Shown here piece after piece: positions 61,235-64,000 of a DNA stretch of 64,000 nt. The notes below the pieces were generated by a model, which was not told the DNA's origin, searched no databases, and was given only the letters and a program-made list of their open reading frames with translations. Numbering within the stretch: the stretch's first letter is position 1; each line of letters begins with the position of its first letter. This DNA comes from the human T2T-CHM13v2.0 reference genome, Homo sapiens. The translations under genes and the position numbers were made by a program. The stretch lies in the NCBI RefSeq assembly GCF_009914755.1, contig NC_060925.1, one strand, 5' to 3'.

Positions 61235-64000
61235 GGCTTACATAAAGCATCTTATAGTTATAATCTACAATTTTAAGCTGAAAACAACTTAATTTCTATT
61301 GCATACAAAAACTCTAGCCTTTTCTGTCTTCCTCCACAATTTGTTTTTAATGTCACAATTTACATATTTTAGAGTGTGCATTCCTTAAAAGCTTATTGTA
61401 CCTTTTGTTATTTTTGACTGTTTTGACTTTTAGTCTTTTTGAAATATATATATATATATATATCTATATATATATATATATAGATATATAGATATATATG
61501 ATTTACATACCACCATTACAGTATTGGAATATTCTGGATTTGACTATGTATTTACCTCTATAGTGAGTTTTACACTTTCATATGTATTCCTGATAGTAAT
61601 TATCATCCTTTTGTTTCCACTTAAAGAACTTCCTTAGGCATTTTTTGTAAGAGAGGTCTAGTGATAATGAATTCCCTCAGCTTTTGCTTGTCTATGAAAT
61701 ACTATATTTTTCCTTCTTTTATGAAGGACAGCTTTTCTGAGTATAATATTCTTGACTGACAGTATTTTTTTCTTTCAGCATTTTGAATATATTATTCTAC
61801 TTGCTCTTGGCCTGCAAAGTTTCTGCTGAGAAACCTCCTAACAGTCTAATGAGGATTCCTTATGTGACTTGACATTATTCTCTTGCTGCTTTATAATTCT
61901 CTGTCTTTGACTTTAGTCAGTTTTATTATAATATTCTTTAAGAGGACCCCTTTAGGTGGAATCTATTTAGGGACTTTTGAGCTTTGTGGATTTGGACATC
62001 CATATCTCTTCCAATACTTAGGAACTTTTTAGGAACTATTTCATTAAACAGGATTTCTGTCCATTTCTCTTCTCTTTTTTGAAATCCCATAATGTGAATA
62101 TTTGTTGCTTAATGTCATCTTATAGGTTCCATTAGGCTGTCTTCACTCTTTTTCATTCTTTTTTCTTTCTTTCCTCTGACTGAGTCATTTCAGAAGACCT
62201 ATGTTTAAGTTCCCAGATTCTTTCTTCTGCTTGATCTAGCCTGCTGTTGAATTTCTTGGTTGTATTTTTATTTCATTGATTGAATTCTTCACTCCAAGCT
62301 TTCTGTTTGGCTCTTTTAAAAAATATATTATCTATTTCTTTGTTAAATTTCTCATTGAAAGCATGAATCATTTTTCTGATTTTATTAATTATCTATTTGT
62401 ATTCTCTTGTATCTCACTGAGTTTTCTTAAAATTATAATTTTGAATTTCTTTTCAGGAAACTCATAAATGTCTGCTTCTTTGGCATCAGTTACTGGATAA
62501 TTACTGTGTTCCTTTGGTGGAGTCATGTTTCCTTGTATTTTGGTATGCATTTTGGTGCTATGGTATTTTCATGCATCTTGTGTTCCTGCACTGATGTCTG
62601 CATATCTGGTGGTGTGGTCTCCTCTTCCAGGCTTTACAGAGTGGCTTTTGTAGAGAAAGACTTTCACCTGTAGATGGGCCTGAGGGTTTCAGTTGGGCAG
62701 GATGCAGTGGCTCTGGTTTCATATGGATACAGTTGTGTAGTTTTTGTGCAGCTTCTTCGGTTATGATAAATGTTAGCAATGACTGGGGGTTTCAGTAGTC
62801 TAGGTTACAGGAATTTGTGGCAGTGATGGTGGCTGCATGGGTTATTTGGGTAAGGGATTTAGGAATCCTCCTGTTTTTGTCTTCCTCACAGTGGGGACTT
62901 ATCTGAGAAGATCTCTCTTGGTGTTGGTCTGACATGGCTCACAGGTAGTGACAGCAGCACTAGAATCCAGGGCACAGGTGCTCATGGGTGCTATGGAGCT
63001 GGGTTTCTGAACTCAGGGTCTTGTGAAACTACTACAGCACTTGAGACTTGAGGTACAGGTTCACTCTCCAAGGTATGAGTGAATGCAGTTCTCCCACTAA
63101 GCCAGAGTCGGTCATTCTGCAGCATATCTCAGCAGCTTGAGCCCAGGAGGCACGATATAGCTGTGATTCTGACCCTGGGAGGTGGGACAAAGTAATGGCA
63201 TTGATCCAGGGAAAAAAGAGTGCTCTGGAGGCTCAAGCTCTGGGGAGCAGAGCACAACTGCAATTCAGGTCCCAGAACCAACAGGGCACAGTGACAGCTT
63301 AGACTCCAGGGGATGAAGTACCACACAATGTTGACTCTGGGTTCAGAGATAATGGGACATAGCAGTAGTCCAGGCTCTGTTAGGCCAAGTGAAACAGCAC
63401 CAATGACCCAGGAATGGCAAGATGCTGCTGTGGCTTGGGCCTTGGCTGATGGGGAGCAGTGCAGTGATAACTCCATTCCCTGGAGAGGCGCAGTGCCATA
63501 GCAGCTTGAACTGTGAGGAGCTCATGAAATTCTAGGTAGGAGAGGTACTGTGGCTGTTCAGCCTGGAAGGCAGGGTGACACCTCAACAAAAGCTCTGATT
63601 CCCTGAAACATGAGGCACCACATCTATTTGGCCCGAAAAGTCACAGCTACATGGGTCAGTGGAGCCTCTAGATCCCTAGAGGCGGGGCATCATGTCAACT
63701 ATGGTGCTGTGGAGTGCAACTGCTCCACTGTGCCAGAAGCTTGAAGTCCCTTGTGGGGCAGAGTGCTCCCTTACCTGTGGCATAGGGGTCCGTGTGACTG
63801 CTCTGGTGTGCAGGAAACCTGAAGACCTGGGGTGGGAGGAATGGAGTGCTGCCTCAGTTGTGGCACCAGGGACACAAGTGCTCTGGTGTGCAGAAAACCT
63901 GAGGTCCCTGGGGGATAAAGTTCTATATCTAAGGTCCCTGAGGGATGAAGTGCTATGTCTGCTTTTGTGAGTGCTTCAGTGTTCTGGAGTCCTGAAGTCC
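61235..64000 (-). mobile_element. Old L1M/L1MA inter-ORF, ORF1 and repetitive 5' region, running off the window
   Basis: gatgaattccctcagcttttgcttgtct...ctcttggcctgcaaagtttctgctgagaaa; GC-richer repeated 5'UTR after 62700. Confidence 0.7.
61445..61499. repeat. (TA)n microsatellite
   Basis: direct reading. Confidence 0.9.

Overview
Human genomic DNA: a human-specific L1HS-Ta element is present. I can support no host protein-coding gene, RNA gene or prokaryote-type system; nearly all ORF-track entries are L1- or Alu-derived, or noise. Bases 1-14 kb mix unique sequence with old repeats (Alu, MIR, L2, HAL1, MER53, MLT1). From about 14.8 to 60.5 kb lies a nested stack of almost entirely minus-strand LINE-1s, which can be rebuilt from target-site duplications (TSDs). 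An ancient L1M host contains an MLT2A1 LTR cut by an L1PA3/4 that carries a ~650-bp 3' transduction and a target deletion. It also contains a full-length L1PB holding an L1PA15/16, which holds a twin-primed L1PA2 and a full-length L1PA13-like element with an inverted copy of its own EN region. A second stack is an AluS whose tail holds a chimeric L1PA4/L1PA3 with two 3' ends, and that element holds a full-length L1HS Ta-0. The L1HS has one nonsense codon in each of ORF1 and ORF2, an intact ORF0 and a mutated YY1 site. The notable content is unusual retrotransposition or repair products and the regulatory potential of the young L1, not a new gene system. Subfamily names come from recalled consensus sequences and need RepeatMasker/Dfam confirmation.
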